Source: a virus (Duplodnaviria; Caudoviricetes). Taken from it: DNA of 53,349 bases. The DNA lies in IMG/VR virus record IMGVR_UViG_3300025695_001512, positions 1-53,349 of that record; one strand, given 5' to 3'. How positions within the stretch are numbered: the first letter of the stretch is position 1; the number at the start of each line of letters is the position of its first letter. Shown in pieces: positions 8,095 to 18,902 of this stretch. Both the position numbers and the translations under genes were made by a program. The notes beneath the pieces were generated by a model that worked only from the letters and a program-made list of their open reading frames with translations, searched no databases and was not told the origin of the DNA.

Positions 8095-10059
8095 TTAAAA
8101 TGCTTTACCCGATGCTTTAGTTGGAACAGTTGAACCTGCAACTACAGGAGGAACCGCTAATGGTGGTATCCAAACTTCTACTTTACCATTCGCTAACTGT
8201 TCTTGATATTGACCTTTTATTTGTTGTGAAATTGCTGGTAATGCTAAATTCGGAGCACCACTTGGTAAATCTCCTGTTGGTAACCCTAATGATTGTAAAT
8301 TTTCAGTAACCTGTGCCATCGCTCTGGTTGGTGAAAAACCACCTAGTAGGGAACTAGCCGCAAGTGCAAATGAAGGTATAGATACACCTAATACCGCAGC
8401 ACCTAAATTTAATAACTTTAATATTTCATCTAATAAACTATTACATTCTCTGTAATCAATAATACCTGAAATTGTCTGTATCAAAATAAAAATAACTGAA
8501 CTTATTATAACTGCCCTTTTATCTTTCGCTTCTTTCACTATTTCTAAAAGAAGAGTTTCAACTAATAACCTAATATTTTTTTTGATTAATATAAAGAGTT
8601 CTTCAACAAAGATGGCCGCAATTTTGCTCATTAGTTTAACCATAAATTTACCAAAAGTTTCCATAAATGTTTTGAAACTGTCAATGTTAAGACTTAATGA
8701 AAAATTAGGATTAACTGATTTCAACACTATAAACATACCTAATAACATTTTAGGTGATAGTATAGTTAACATCGCACCTTTAGGTATAATCTTTAAAAAG
8801 TCGTTGTTTATTGAAACATTTAAATTAAGATTAACACCTGTTGGTAAATTTAATTTCCAGTTCTGATTTTTTGATAAATCATTAACGGCTTTCATAAATT
8901 GGTCGATTTTTTTGTTAGGGTCAGAATCTCCGATATTATCGGTTCTAATACCTTTCATCGCATCTATAATGGATTGACTATCAACAGGAAACTTAATATT
9001 ATCACAATCTGTAAATTCAGTAATTCCTTCAACCATTTGATTGACTTCCCTTTCAATATTCTTTAAATCTGTTGGCGTTAATTCAAAAAATGATTGGTCA
9101 ATATGGTCCAATTGACCCACCTTGGCGGTTCCTTGAACATCAATCTCTTTGGTATTATCAAAACATAAACCTAAAATTCTTTGTAGAATAATAGATAACC
9201 TACTTTGGTCTTCTTTCTTATCTACTGATAAACCGCCTGAAATGTCAATAAAATTAGTTAGTAGGTTCATTATCTCAACAGAAATCATGTTAAAGTTAAT
9301 AAGGTCAATAGACCCATAGTAATCTCTCAAGAAATCTCCTACATTATTACCCTTTATTCTATTTTTTAATGTGATTTCATAAAAATCACCATAAAAAGTT
9401 GTTCCGTTATCCACATAACTCGTAACGTATTTTATATCAAAAATACCACTACCCGATGCACCGATATAATCATTACCATATTCTTGATTAAAAGAAACTC
9501 CAACATTTTGTAATCTGTTGTGTAGTTCTTTATCCATAGAGAAAGGTGTTTGACCAACAGAAATTGGTGATTCTTCATACTTTAAACTCCATGGGTCAGA
9601 ATCGGGACTATTTTTTAAAAGTCCTCGTAAGTCTATTTCCGAAACTTTTACATATAATTTTTGTGATGAATTAAACTGTTGTTCTTCAGAACAACCTGCA
9701 ACATGAAGAACTTCATCTGCGACAATTTCACTCATTTTACTTTTAGTGTTTTCACTTGCAGTTAAAACTTGCTTAATTAGGAAATCAACGGTAGATGAAC
9801 CTGTATTGTTTGGGTTGGGTATTGTTTCTTTGAATACATCAACTAACTCATCAAAAGTGGTTTTAACTTGTTGTTGAGCTCTTTGTTTAACATCACCCAT
9901 TGCGTTAAGTTGTTTTAACGCTTCGCTTTTTGTTTGTGCAAAATTATTACCTAAAGCTTCTTTTTTGATTTTCTTTTCATCTACGTTTGTTTGAATAGTT
10001 GATTTATACGCAGATACTTTAGATTTAATTTCTGATGTCTTTTGGCTTACACTAGACAT
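8095..10059 (-). CDS. Large hypothetical protein (likely virion-associated)
   Basis: 654-aa helical ORF in the operon with the spike gene; hydrophobic C-terminal third. Confidence 0.7.
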   Translation of the reverse strand: MSSVSQKTSEIKSKVSAYKSTIQTNVDEKKIKKEALGNNFAQTKSEALKQLNAMGDVKQRAQQQVKTTFDELVDVFKETIPNPNNTGSSTVDFLIKQVLTASENTKSKMSEIVADEVLHVAGCSEEQQFNSSQKLYVKVSEIDLRGLLKNSPDSDPWSLKYEESPISVGQTPFSMDKELHNRLQNVGVSFNQEYGNDYIGASGSGIFDIKYVTSYVDNGTTFYGDFYEITLKNRIKGNNVGDFLRDYYGSIDLINFNMISVEIMNLLTNFIDISGGLSVDKKEDQSRLSIILQRILGLCFDNTKEIDVQGTAKVGQLDHIDQSFFELTPTDLKNIEREVNQMVEGITEFTDCDNIKFPVDSQSIIDAMKGIRTDNIGDSDPNKKIDQFMKAVNDLSKNQNWKLNLPTGVNLNLNVSINNDFLKIIPKGAMLTILSPKMLLGMFIVLKSVNPNFSLSLNIDSFKTFMETFGKFMVKLMSKIAAIFVEELFILIKKNIRLLVETLLLEIVKEAKDKRAVIISSVIFILIQTISGIIDYRECNSLLDEILKLLNLGAAVLGVSIPSFALAASSLLGGFSPTRAMAQVTENLQSLGLPTGDLPSGAPNLALPAISQQIKGQYQEQLANGKVEVWIPPLAVPPVVAGSTVPTKASGKAF

Positions 10060-10071
10060 AATGGTTAAATT

Positions 10072-10446
10072 TTATTCTAATTTATAACCATCGTTCTTCT
10101 CATCATTATCTAAGTCTTTTTGTATTAAACTTTGTAGTGTATCGTCATCTATTTCAGATAAACTAAAGTTTTCACTTATGTCATTATTCGATTTTTCCCA
10201 AATAGTTGATTGTAGTTTAGATAATGAGAGTTTCTTTTCTATGGTATCATTTATGATTTTTTGTTGTTCTTTAATAACAGGACCAATAACCGTCATATCT
10301 TCAGGGTCTTTTAACATAGTTAACATCTTATTCTGAATTCTAACAGCAGTAGTTCTTTGTTCCACTAATTCGTTGTAGATTTCTTGCATTAGTGAAAGAA
10401 CTGAATCTTTACTTAAAACGATTTCCTTTTTTTTTGGTCTTGCCAT
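10072..10446 (-). CDS. Hypothetical coiled-coil protein
   Basis: 124 aa; TATTTAT at 10453-10459 on the coding strand. Confidence 0.7.
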   Translation of the reverse strand: MARPKKKEIVLSKDSVLSLMQEIYNELVEQRTTAVRIQNKMLTMLKDPEDMTVIGPVIKEQQKIINDTIEKKLSLSKLQSTIWEKSNNDISENFSLSEIDDDTLQSLIQKDLDNDEKNDGYKLE

Positions 10447-10475
10447 AATACTATAAATATTTACAGACTAAGTTT

Positions 10476-11237
10476 TTATAGATTGTTAAGTTTAGTTGTG
10501 AGCTCGTAATATAATTTTTTGAACTTTCTCATTGAAGTTCTGATTTCTTTAGTTGTCATATTTGTCATTTCTCTTAACGACAAAAGAATGATATTTTTAT
10601 TAAATTTATTATTATCTGTTCCGATAAAAATATCATTATAGTTTTCAAACAACTCAACTAAAGCATACCCTAACTTTAACTCATTATTGTTAAGATTATT
10701 ACCTTCAATATAGTCTTCTAATTCTTTGGTGAACTGTTTAATAATTTCTGACGGTTCAATCTTCTCATTTTCAATATAGTAAATCATATCAGGTCTATTT
10801 TCTAATTTACTAGTAATATCCTCATACGAAATTTTTCTATTTTGTTCTTTTTGGTCTTTAATAATTTGACCCATTAGATAATTCTTACATATTGTCCCAA
10901 AATAGGAATATGCTTTTTTACCTTTTGCGGGTTTAAACTTATCGACCTTTGTGATTAAAAATGAATGTGTATCGTGATGAATTTCACGAAAGTCCATATC
11001 TTTTCTATATAATTTATATCTACGTATAATAGACTCAATCATTTTGTCTAACGGTGCACGTAGATAATCATTATATATTACATTTTTTTCATTAAAGGTA
11101 GATGCGGTTAAAAACATTCTAACCGCATTCTCTTCCCTTTCTGCAAAATAATTATTCGACTTTGGTTTCCTTCCTCTTTTCTTTTTTTCTACTGATTCAG
11201 AGTTGGTTGAAGTCGCACTTAATGATTCTAAAAACAT
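10476..11237 (-). CDS. Phage late sigma factor (T4 gp55-like)
   Basis: Sigma region-2-like KVDKFKPAKGKKAYSYFGTICKNYL resembles the gp55 F.P.K...F.YF..I..N motif; N-terminal NNYF; no obvious canonical region 4. Confidence 0.75.
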   Translation of the reverse strand: MFLESLSATSTNSESVEKKKRGRKPKSNNYFAEREENAVRMFLTASTFNEKNVIYNDYLRAPLDKMIESIIRRYKLYRKDMDFREIHHDTHSFLITKVDKFKPAKGKKAYSYFGTICKNYLMGQIIKDQKEQNRKISYEDITSKLENRPDMIYYIENEKIEPSEIIKQFTKELEDYIEGNNLNNNELKLGYALVELFENYNDIFIGTDNNKFNKNIILLSLREMTNMTTKEIRTSMRKFKKLYYELTTKLNNL

Positions 11238-12043
11238 TAAACATTTTCGGGTTGATAATTTATGTCCCTATTTTCTATAAAGAAATGTTCTTTTTTCGCT
11301 GAATCAATCCAAAAAGCTACCTCATGTTCAGTTATCTTATTCTCGCCAAATTTGTAATTCCAAAAGATGGAACCTTCTCTCATGTTCATGTGTTTATAAC
11401 CTATTCGAGGAATTGTCATCAACTCAACTGAGTTATATGTCAATCTTAATAGGAACTCATATACAAATGTTAACTTCATGGATTTTTTAAATCCTCCAAA
11501 CTGTTGGAAGGTATCTTTTTTGATAACCATACCACTCGATTGGAAGTTTTGATAGTTTAATAATACTTCATTAGTTAAATAACCAATTTCAGTATTCATA
11601 TTTGCTGCGAAGGTTGCTTCGTTGGTGAACCCTGCGAAAACACCTTTTTCATCTACATCAATAACTAATGGTAAAAACCCTGATACTTCAGGATATGCGT
11701 CAATATAACGTTTAACATTTTTAAACCAAATAGTTGCATATTCATCATCAAATTCAATAACTGAAATCCATTCATTTTTAGCGTTTTCAACACCTAAATT
11801 AACTTGAGTTGAAAAATCTACATCACCTGTGTTTAATACACGATTTACAGTTAAACCACTAAAGTTATAGTTATCTAAAACTGTTAATAGTGATTCTTCG
11901 TCACTATGAACGATAACTAGTTCATCTACTTCTGTCTTTTGGTTTTTAATTGATGTGATACAACTATCAAAAAATGATTCAAAATCTTTATTTTTTGACG
12001 AGTTAATTGGTAAAATTACTGATACGTTTAATTTATCTTCCAT
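11237..12043 (-). CDS. Glycosyltransferase family 2 (GT-A)
   Basis: VSVILPI...SIKNQ...ELVIV...NLGVENAKNEWISVIEFDD. Confidence 0.85.
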   Translation of the reverse strand: MEDKLNVSVILPINSSKNKDFESFFDSCITSIKNQKTEVDELVIVHSDEESLLTVLDNYNFSGLTVNRVLNTGDVDFSTQVNLGVENAKNEWISVIEFDDEYATIWFKNVKRYIDAYPEVSGFLPLVIDVDEKGVFAGFTNEATFAANMNTEIGYLTNEVLLNYQNFQSSGMVIKKDTFQQFGGFKKSMKLTFVYEFLLRLTYNSVELMTIPRIGYKHMNMREGSIFWNYKFGENKITEHEVAFWIDSAKKEHFFIENRDINYQPENV

Positions 12044-12048
12044 AATTC

Positions 12049-13113
12049 TTAATTTTCTTCTTCTACTTTAAGTTTATCTAATTGAGATACAAACGATTCT
12101 TTTCTAATGTTTAAGTAATTTTCAAATGTTGAAATTACACTACTCTCAAACTCGTCTTTGTTTTTAAATTTAGATGCGGTTTCTAATGAAGACCTATATA
12201 AGTCTTCAGAGATATTATCTTCTAACCAATTCTGAATAAATTCTGCAATAATATCAGGAAGTTGATTTAATTCATAAGTCCATACTCCGTTAGAATCTAA
12301 CATCCAATCAGGTTTCATGTTCGGAACTTTTCCGATTACAGGTGTTTTACAAGCCATAGACTCGATAGGGAATGTCCCAAAACCTGATGTGTCATCAACC
12401 CATACCGAAACAAAAGAATCTTTTAGATACTTTGCAAATTCTTCTTGAGATAATCCTCTCATATCACGGAATGTGACCCATCTAAATTGAGGGTATTTCA
12501 AATAGAAAGTTTTGATAATTTTCATTGTATCTCTTTGGTCACGAGTGTGAATAGATACGATTGGTTTTGATGGTTTTTCTTTTTCTGAAAATACTTCAGG
12601 AATATAAGGTTCAATAATGTCAAAAGTTACATTTTTCATTATACCCTTAATGTATTCTGTTTGTTTTTCTGTTGTGGTAATAGCCTTTAAAAAACTATAT
12701 TGTGACCACGTAGTTCCAGGTTGTAATGTTTCTAACATATGGTCATATGCTTGACAAATTACCACCTTACCACACGGTAAGTTTGAAACTTGCTCTAATA
12801 CATGACCATAAATCTCAGGAACAAAAATAAAATCTTCAGGAGAAATTTTTAAACTATCACCTTCAATAGATTCGTGTGGTAGTTCCATATATTTTTCACC
12901 TAACCACTCAGAAACTCCTGTATATTCTTTACCTTCGTGAATAATGATTGGGTTAAAACCATTATTTTTTAATGTAAGTGCCATGTCATAGATATGTCTA
13001 ACACCTGCACGGGCGTTACCCTTAGTATCTTGAACCAAGAAATAAAGTCTTACTGACTTATCTTCAAGATTCTTAACCGATTGTTCAACTTTGTTTAATA
13101 ATTCTGTATTCAT
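12049..13113 (-). CDS. GT-B (GT4-like) glycosyltransferase
   Basis: N-terminal AGVRHIY; C-terminal SGFGTFPIESMACKTPVIG donor-binding motif. Confidence 0.8.
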   Translation of the reverse strand: MNTELLNKVEQSVKNLEDKSVRLYFLVQDTKGNARAGVRHIYDMALTLKNNGFNPIIIHEGKEYTGVSEWLGEKYMELPHESIEGDSLKISPEDFIFVPEIYGHVLEQVSNLPCGKVVICQAYDHMLETLQPGTTWSQYSFLKAITTTEKQTEYIKGIMKNVTFDIIEPYIPEVFSEKEKPSKPIVSIHTRDQRDTMKIIKTFYLKYPQFRWVTFRDMRGLSQEEFAKYLKDSFVSVWVDDTSGFGTFPIESMACKTPVIGKVPNMKPDWMLDSNGVWTYELNQLPDIIAEFIQNWLEDNISEDLYRSSLETASKFKNKDEFESSVISTFENYLNIRKESFVSQLDKLKVEEEN

Positions 13114-13116
13114 ATG

Positions 13117-13431
13117 TTATAAATGTTTTATAATGCCGTATCTTAATAATGTATTAAAAGCAAACTTAAAGGGAAGACTTAAATTTTTTGAACTGTGTAT
13201 ACCCAAATTCTCATCAAGTTCTTCTCGTTCAGTTAGAACAACTTCTAACATCATTTTTATGGTTTCATACTTAACAATACTAATATGTTGAGTCCCATCC
13301 TCTTCTTCAATTACTTCCGTATCAATTACTTCAGTTTTAATTTCGACTTTCTTTTCAGATTTAGGAATATTAATAACCTCTTCTAATTCTGTAAAATCGA
13401 TATAGTAGTTTTCACCTAATACTTCTAACAT
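13117..13431 (-). CDS. Hypothetical acidic protein
   Basis: 104-aa ORF coupled within the operon. Confidence 0.7.
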   Translation of the reverse strand: MLEVLGENYYIDFTELEEVINIPKSEKKVEIKTEVIDTEVIEEEDGTQHISIVKYETIKMMLEVVLTEREELDENLGIHSSKNLSLPFKFAFNTLLRYGIIKHL

Positions 13432-14081
13432 TATTTCAATTTTAATTTATCATATAACGATTTAAGTTCTGAGATATCATCTATTTCAAAATCACATTTA
13501 ATATCTTCATTATATGTTGTTTTATATTTTACTACAGTTTTATCTTTTCTGTTTTGTAAAATGTGATTTGGGTTTGCTGTGATTAAGACATCTACTTCAT
13601 CCCACATACTGTCTATTGTAATATTACTATAAAACTTAATTTTTTCAACTAAACATCCATACTTTGATAAGAAGAATAATGAAGCGGGTTTTGATTTTTG
13701 TATTTCATCTGAAACAACTAAAATGTCATGATTATCTCTTAGTTCTTCATAAATCTCATTTAAAACATTAAATGTTGAAGGTGTTGTTGATGGTGCATGT
13801 CCAAAAATTTGCATAGGAAAATCAATGTAAAAGAAGTTAAATAAATCATCTTTGGTTTTGAACTTAAAATGATTTTCCAATTCGTCCAAAGATTTTACAG
13901 GTAGATTAAGTTCATATTCGAAATCATTAGATACCACCTCTTCAGTGAATTCTTCTGTTTCTTCATTAAATGAAGATGTTTTTTCCTCCTCAAATTCATC
14001 GATATAGAACTTTTGATATAATTGTTCCGCCTTTAAAAATGTATCCCTTAAAACTCCGTTTATGTCAAATGCTATTCTCAT
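13431..14081 (-). CDS. HAD-fold 5'(3')-deoxyribonucleotidase-like protein
   Basis: MRIAFDINGVLRD motif I (DxD reads DxN); C-terminal TYNED. Confidence 0.65.
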   Translation of the reverse strand: MRIAFDINGVLRDTFLKAEQLYQKFYIDEFEEEKTSSFNEETEEFTEEVVSNDFEYELNLPVKSLDELENHFKFKTKDDLFNFFYIDFPMQIFGHAPSTTPSTFNVLNEIYEELRDNHDILVVSDEIQKSKPASLFFLSKYGCLVEKIKFYSNITIDSMWDEVDVLITANPNHILQNRKDKTVVKYKTTYNEDIKCDFEIDDISELKSLYDKLKLK

Positions 14082-14794
14082 TCTTCGTATCTTTTTAATA
14101 TTTTACTAATCAAAGGGTTTCGTATTACGTCATCGGTATTGAATGAATATGTTCCAACACCATCTAATTGTTGAAACCTGTGAACTGCATCGTAAAGACC
14201 TGATTGTGTTTTATCTTTATAACGGTCAGTCTGTTCAATATCCCCTGATATGAAAAACTTACTATTAAACCCAATCCTTGTCAATAGAAGTTTCATCTGT
14301 GACGGTGTCGAGTTTTGAGCTTCTTCAAAAATTAATATTGAGTTGTCGATATTCATACCTCTCATATACGCTAATGCAAATACTTCAATAATATCGTTTT
14401 CTTTTAATTTTTCTCTAGCTTCTTTACCTATAATTTTATTTAATAAGTAATATGATGGAAAAATATAAGGGTCCAATTTCTCTTCTAAGTTACCTGGTAG
14501 TGAACCAAGTTTTTCTTCAGCCTCTACTGCCGGTCTTACAATAATAATCTTTTCATAAGAATTTTTAGGGTCCATTAGTAATTCTACAGCAGCTTTCATT
14601 GCAATAAACGATTTACCAACACCTGCAGGTCCTGTACATACGGTTATTTCGCTTTTAGTTAAAACATCGTAATATTCCTTTTGACTTTCAGATAAAAACT
14701 TCTTTCTTGGTTTTTTACCAATAATTGAGTTTATTAAATCTTTACGAGTCATATTACTACCTTTATTTTCTGTTTTTTTGGTTCTATTTGTCAT
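14078..14794 (-). CDS. phoH: PhoH-like ATPase
   Basis: GPAGVGKS Walker A, RPAVEAEEKLGSLPG, YMRG, EEAQN, LLTRIG, GDIEQTD. Confidence 0.95.
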   Translation of the reverse strand: MTNRTKKTENKGSNMTRKDLINSIIGKKPRKKFLSESQKEYYDVLTKSEITVCTGPAGVGKSFIAMKAAVELLMDPKNSYEKIIIVRPAVEAEEKLGSLPGNLEEKLDPYIFPSYYLLNKIIGKEAREKLKENDIIEVFALAYMRGMNIDNSILIFEEAQNSTPSQMKLLLTRIGFNSKFFISGDIEQTDRYKDKTQSGLYDAVHRFQQLDGVGTYSFNTDDVIRNPLISKILKRYEE

Positions 14795-14807
14795 GTATTT
14801 TTTTTAT

Positions 14808-15806
14808 TTAAATTAAGCTTGGCAATTTTTTCATCCAATAATCTATCATTTCATCTAACATACTCTCAAAAGTATAGTTAGGTGTCCATCCTGTTTTACT
14901 CCTTAATTTACTACTATCACCTTTTAAGTCTTTTAACTCTTCAGGTCTAAAGTATTTGTTATTTGTTTTAACATGTTTATCTATATCTAAATGTAACTTA
15001 TTAAAAACATAAGTAACTAAATCTTTTACTGAATGTGAGATTCCTGTAGAACATACGTAATCGTCAGGTTCATCTTGTTGTAGAATTAACCACATAGCCT
15101 CAACATAGTCTTTAGCATGTCCCCAGTCTCTAGTTGCTTCCATATTACCCAATACTAAATCGTCCCTTAAACCCTTCTTAATCTCCACAGCAGTTTTAAC
15201 AACTTTATTAGTTACAAAGTTACTACCTCGTCTTGGGGATTCGTGATTAAATAATATTCCGTTTGAAATAAACATACCGTATGAATTACGATAATTTCTA
15301 CTAATGTTATATGCAAACACCTTAGAGCATCCATATGGGGATACTGGGTCCATCGGTGTCGTCTCTCGCTGATATCCGTCCTCATCTATATTATTACCAA
15401 ACATTTCAGAAGATGATGCTTGATATATTTTAATGGTTGGGTCGATTAATTTAACTGCCTCCAATAGATTCAACGAACCCATACCTGTGACGTTTGCGGT
15501 ATATATTGGTTGGTCAAAAGATATTCTTACGTGTGATTGTGCAGCTAGATTGTATATCTCATTAGGTTTACATTTTTGAATAATCCTGAGAAGTGAAGAT
15601 AAGTCGGTCATATCCACATACTCCAAATTATCTTTAATTTTATAGTAGGTCTCACCTAATCGATTTGTTTGGTTCTCAGAAACAGAATTTCTTTTTATAG
15701 TCCCCCAAACTTCATATCCTTTTTCTAATAAAAATTCTGTTAAATATGAACCGTCCTGTCCGTTAATACCTGTAATTAGTGCAACTTTATTTTCTTGTTG
15801 TTTCAT
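14808..15806 (-). CDS. gmd: GDP-mannose 4,6-dehydratase
   Basis: ALITGINGQDGSYL, YNLAAQSHV, QASSSEMFG, SPYGCSK, GILFNHESPRRG, RDWGHAKDYV; likely ATG at 15806. Confidence 0.96.
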   Translation of the reverse strand: MKQQENKVALITGINGQDGSYLTEFLLEKGYEVWGTIKRNSVSENQTNRLGETYYKIKDNLEYVDMTDLSSLLRIIQKCKPNEIYNLAAQSHVRISFDQPIYTANVTGMGSLNLLEAVKLIDPTIKIYQASSSEMFGNNIDEDGYQRETTPMDPVSPYGCSKVFAYNISRNYRNSYGMFISNGILFNHESPRRGSNFVTNKVVKTAVEIKKGLRDDLVLGNMEATRDWGHAKDYVEAMWLILQQDEPDDYVCSTGISHSVKDLVTYVFNKLHLDIDKHVKTNNKYFRPEELKDLKGDSSKLRSKTGWTPNYTFESMLDEMIDYWMKKLPSLI

Positions 15807-16683
15807 AATTCTCAATAAACCAATTTACCGTTTCCTTTATACCTTCCTCTATTGGTGTGAATTTAAAGTCAGGTAAGTAGTTTTTGATTTTTGAGTTATC
15901 TGATGGTTTTCTAAATTGACCATCAGGCTTTGACCCATCAAAAATTACTTCGCCTTTAAAGTTAAACTCTTGAACTAATAAATCAACTAAATCTCGTATT
16001 GATATTTCTTGAGAAGTGGATAGTATGATTGGTTCATCTTCATCGTAATTATTCATAACCCATTCGGTAAGTTTTGCAACATCTTTAGAATAAATAAACT
16101 CTCTAAGTGGTTTACCTGAACCCCAAACTTCAAAAGGAGTATTATTTTTTTGTGCCAAATACATTTTATGTATCAACATCGGCATTACGTGACCGTGCTC
16201 TAACGAGAAGTTGTCATTCGGTCCATATATGTTTGTAGGTATGACTGACTTATATTGAAGTCCGTATTGTTCTCTATACGCTCTGATTTGAACGTCTGCC
16301 ATTCGTTTTGCATAAGCGTATGCGTTATTTGATGTATGGGGTTCACCTAAGTGTATTTTTCCCTCTGTGAGGGGATATTTTACATTATCGGGAAACACAC
16401 ATGTTGATAAAAACGTAACGAGTTTTTCAACACCATTTTTTCTTGCTTGTTCAATTACGTTGGTGTTCATCATTATGTTGTCATAAAAATACTCACCTTT
16501 ATACTTCATATTTGAACCCAACCCACCAACCTTTGCTGCTGTATGAATTACTTCTGTAGGTTTATGTAATCTATACATTAGTTTGACAGAATCAGTATCT
16601 CTTAAATCAAAATCTTTTGATGAAATTTTCACATATCCCTCTAAAGCTGACCCCACCAATCCGTTTCCTGTTATTAATCTCAT
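15787..16683 (-). CDS. fcl: GDP-L-fucose synthase (GDP-4-keto-6-deoxymannose epimerase/reductase)
   Basis: AAKVGG, STCVFP, YAYAKR, PTNIYGPNDNF, HVMP, WGSGKPLREFIY, KPDG; adjacent to gmd. Confidence 0.93.
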   Translation of the reverse strand: MRLITGNGLVGSALEGYVKISSKDFDLRDTDSVKLMYRLHKPTEVIHTAAKVGGLGSNMKYKGEYFYDNIMMNTNVIEQARKNGVEKLVTFLSTCVFPDNVKYPLTEGKIHLGEPHTSNNAYAYAKRMADVQIRAYREQYGLQYKSVIPTNIYGPNDNFSLEHGHVMPMLIHKMYLAQKNNTPFEVWGSGKPLREFIYSKDVAKLTEWVMNNYDEDEPIILSTSQEISIRDLVDLLVQEFNFKGEVIFDGSKPDGQFRKPSDNSKIKNYLPDFKFTPIEEGIKETVNWFIENYETTRK

Positions 16684-16738
16684 AATATTTGGTTTATTTT
16701 AATCTATAGTATTTTATATTATAAACTAAAGTAAAAAT

Positions 16739-17308
16739 ATGGAAAGTAATTTTGGATTTATCGGTATTGAGGCTGTAATTTTTGGAAAAGGTCCTACTTT
16801 TAAAAAAGTTGATAAAAAAGAAAATCAAATACACATTTGTATTAATGAGACAGTAAATGAGGTTGATGAGCCGGATGTTGTTGTTTTTAATGATTTTCAT
16901 AACTTTGATAAGATGGACCGAGAAAAGTTAAAAATGGTAAAAATTATTGTTTTACCTTATTTTCCACATTTAGGTTTACATGTTGGTAAACCCGACCCAA
17001 ATAAACCATGGACACTAATAAAAGATTCTGCACCTGAATTAGAATGTTTATGGTATCCTTATAATTTATTAACATCCAATCCAGTACATGGGTTCCCTAA
17101 TTTTCAAACGGCAATAAACAGTGCAAATACATCTGTTGAATGGTGTGTTTATAATGGTATTAAAAAAATAACAACATATGGTATTGCCAAAAGTGCGGGA
17201 TATAATGAAAAATTTACAGGAGTTCTACCTGAAAGAGTTTTAAGTATGATTAAAAACGAAATTGAGGCTAGATGTAAAGTTAATAATGTAGAACTCCAAA
17301 TGTTATGA
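16739..17308 (+). CDS. Putative nonulosonate transferase-like protein (CstII/Maf-type Rossmann fold)
   Basis: VIFGKGPTF...ICINE...VVFND...GIKKITTYG resembles the IxGNGPS/N/GxD pattern of CMP-sugar transferases; first gene of the NulO cassette. Confidence 0.5.
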   Translation: MESNFGFIGIEAVIFGKGPTFKKVDKKENQIHICINETVNEVDEPDVVVFNDFHNFDKMDREKLKMVKIIVLPYFPHLGLHVGKPDPNKPWTLIKDSAPELECLWYPYNLLTSNPVHGFPNFQTAINSANTSVEWCVYNGIKKITTYGIAKSAGYNEKFTGVLPERVLSMIKNEIEARCKVNNVELQML

Positions 17309-18048
17309 TGTATAAGATTGTAATACAAGCTAGATTAGGTTCTACAAGACTTAAAAATAAAATGATAAGACCATTTTATGATGAACTTACTTTAATTGAA
17401 GTTATAATAACTAACTTATTAAAAGGATTTAAGTCTTCCGATATTATACTTGCAACTTCAGAGTCTATTGAAAATAAATTGTTAGGTGAATACGCAAACA
17501 AGTTAGGTATTGAAACTTACTATGGTTCGGAAAATGATGTATTATCTAGATTTATTGATATATGTGATAATGAAAATTTAGATTTTGTAATCCGTATATG
17601 TGCTGATAATCCATTCATTCAAAATAGTGAAATAAAAAGATTAATTGACGAATATGATAATGACGACTATATAAGTTTCTTTTATTCAGACAACACACCA
17701 GCCATGAAGTCACACTCAGGATTCTTTACCGAGTTAGTTAAAACTGAATCATTAAGAAAAGTAAAAGAGTTGACAACTAATGAGTTTTACTTTGAGCATG
17801 TTACAAATTATATTTACGAAAACGAAAAGACATTCAGGGTAAAGAAACTTAAAATTGACAATGAAGAAAAAATTAAAAGTATTCGTCTAACTATTGATAA
17901 TGAGGAAGATTTTAATTTGTCTAAAGACATTTACAAAAGATATATTGAAAATAAATCTTTTTTAACTTATTTTGATATCGCTAACAACATAGTCACATCA
18001 GAAGAAAAAATAAAAATGATAAATCAAATAAATAAAAACATAAAATAA
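17305..18048 (+). CDS. Acylneuraminate/nonulosonate cytidylyltransferase (SpsF-like)
   Basis: IVIQARLGSTRLKNK, GSENDVLSRF, RICADNPF, EHVT, RLTIDNEEDF. Confidence 0.88.
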   Translation: MMYKIVIQARLGSTRLKNKMIRPFYDELTLIEVIITNLLKGFKSSDIILATSESIENKLLGEYANKLGIETYYGSENDVLSRFIDICDNENLDFVIRICADNPFIQNSEIKRLIDEYDNDDYISFFYSDNTPAMKSHSGFFTELVKTESLRKVKELTTNEFYFEHVTNYIYENEKTFRVKKLKIDNEEKIKSIRLTIDNEEDFNLSKDIYKRYIENKSFLTYFDIANNIVTSEEKIKMINQINKNIK

Positions 18049-18902
18049 TGGATACTAATAAATTATACTTTATTGCCGAAATCGGTCAAAATCACCAAGG
18101 TGATATAAACATTGCGAAAAAAATGGTTGACCAATTAGTCGGTACTGGTGTATCAGCAATTAAAACGGCTAAAAGAGATATTGAAACATGTTTGAGTGAG
18201 GAACAAAAAAACATGTTATATAACAACCCAAATTCATTTGGTAAAACTTATTACGAACATAGAAAGGCACTAGAATTAAGTCATGAACATTTTATTGAGT
18301 TAAAAAAGTATTCTGAAGACAGAGGATTTGATTTCATTTCAAGTTTTACTGACGAGAACAGCTTAAACTTTTTGGTGGATGAGTGTAATGTAAAATATTT
18401 AAAAATCGCATCTCAAAGAATGGCAGATAAAGACTTATTGATTAAAGCGTCTAAAAAAGGTGTCCCAACTATAATTTCTACAGGTATGTCAACTATGGAA
18501 GAAGTGGATGACGCTATTGAGATTTTTTCGGATGTTGATAAATATTTGATGCAGTGTACAAGCTCATATCCTTGCTCAGATACGGATATTAATCTAAATG
18601 TAATTAACACATATAAACAAAAATATGGTAAAATAATTAAAGGTTTTGGTTTAAGTGGTCATCATATGAGTATTGCACCTGATATTGCCGCATATGTTAT
18701 GGGGGCAAAAATTATCGAAAGACATTTTACTTTGGATAGAACTATGAAAGGTACTGACCACATAGGTTCTTTAGAGTTAGATGGTGTAAAGAAAATTATT
18801 AAGTATATTAATCAAGTTGAAAACGCTATGGGTACTTCAGAAAAGTATGTATTAGATTCTGAAATGCCAGCATTAAGAAAATTAAGAGGCGATTTAAAAT
18901 GA
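18048..18902 (+). CDS. neuB: Sialic acid/KDN(-9-phosphate) synthase, NeuB family, no C-terminal SAF domain
   Basis: FIAEIGQNHQGD, SFGKTYYEHR, KIAS, STGMS, QCTSSYP, GLSGH, IERHFTLDRTMKGTDH. Confidence 0.92.
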   Translation: MDTNKLYFIAEIGQNHQGDINIAKKMVDQLVGTGVSAIKTAKRDIETCLSEEQKNMLYNNPNSFGKTYYEHRKALELSHEHFIELKKYSEDRGFDFISSFTDENSLNFLVDECNVKYLKIASQRMADKDLLIKASKKGVPTIISTGMSTMEEVDDAIEIFSDVDKYLMQCTSSYPCSDTDINLNVINTYKQKYGKIIKGFGLSGHHMSIAPDIAAYVMGAKIIERHFTLDRTMKGTDHIGSLELDGVKKIIKYINQVENAMGTSEKYVLDSEMPALRKLRGDLK

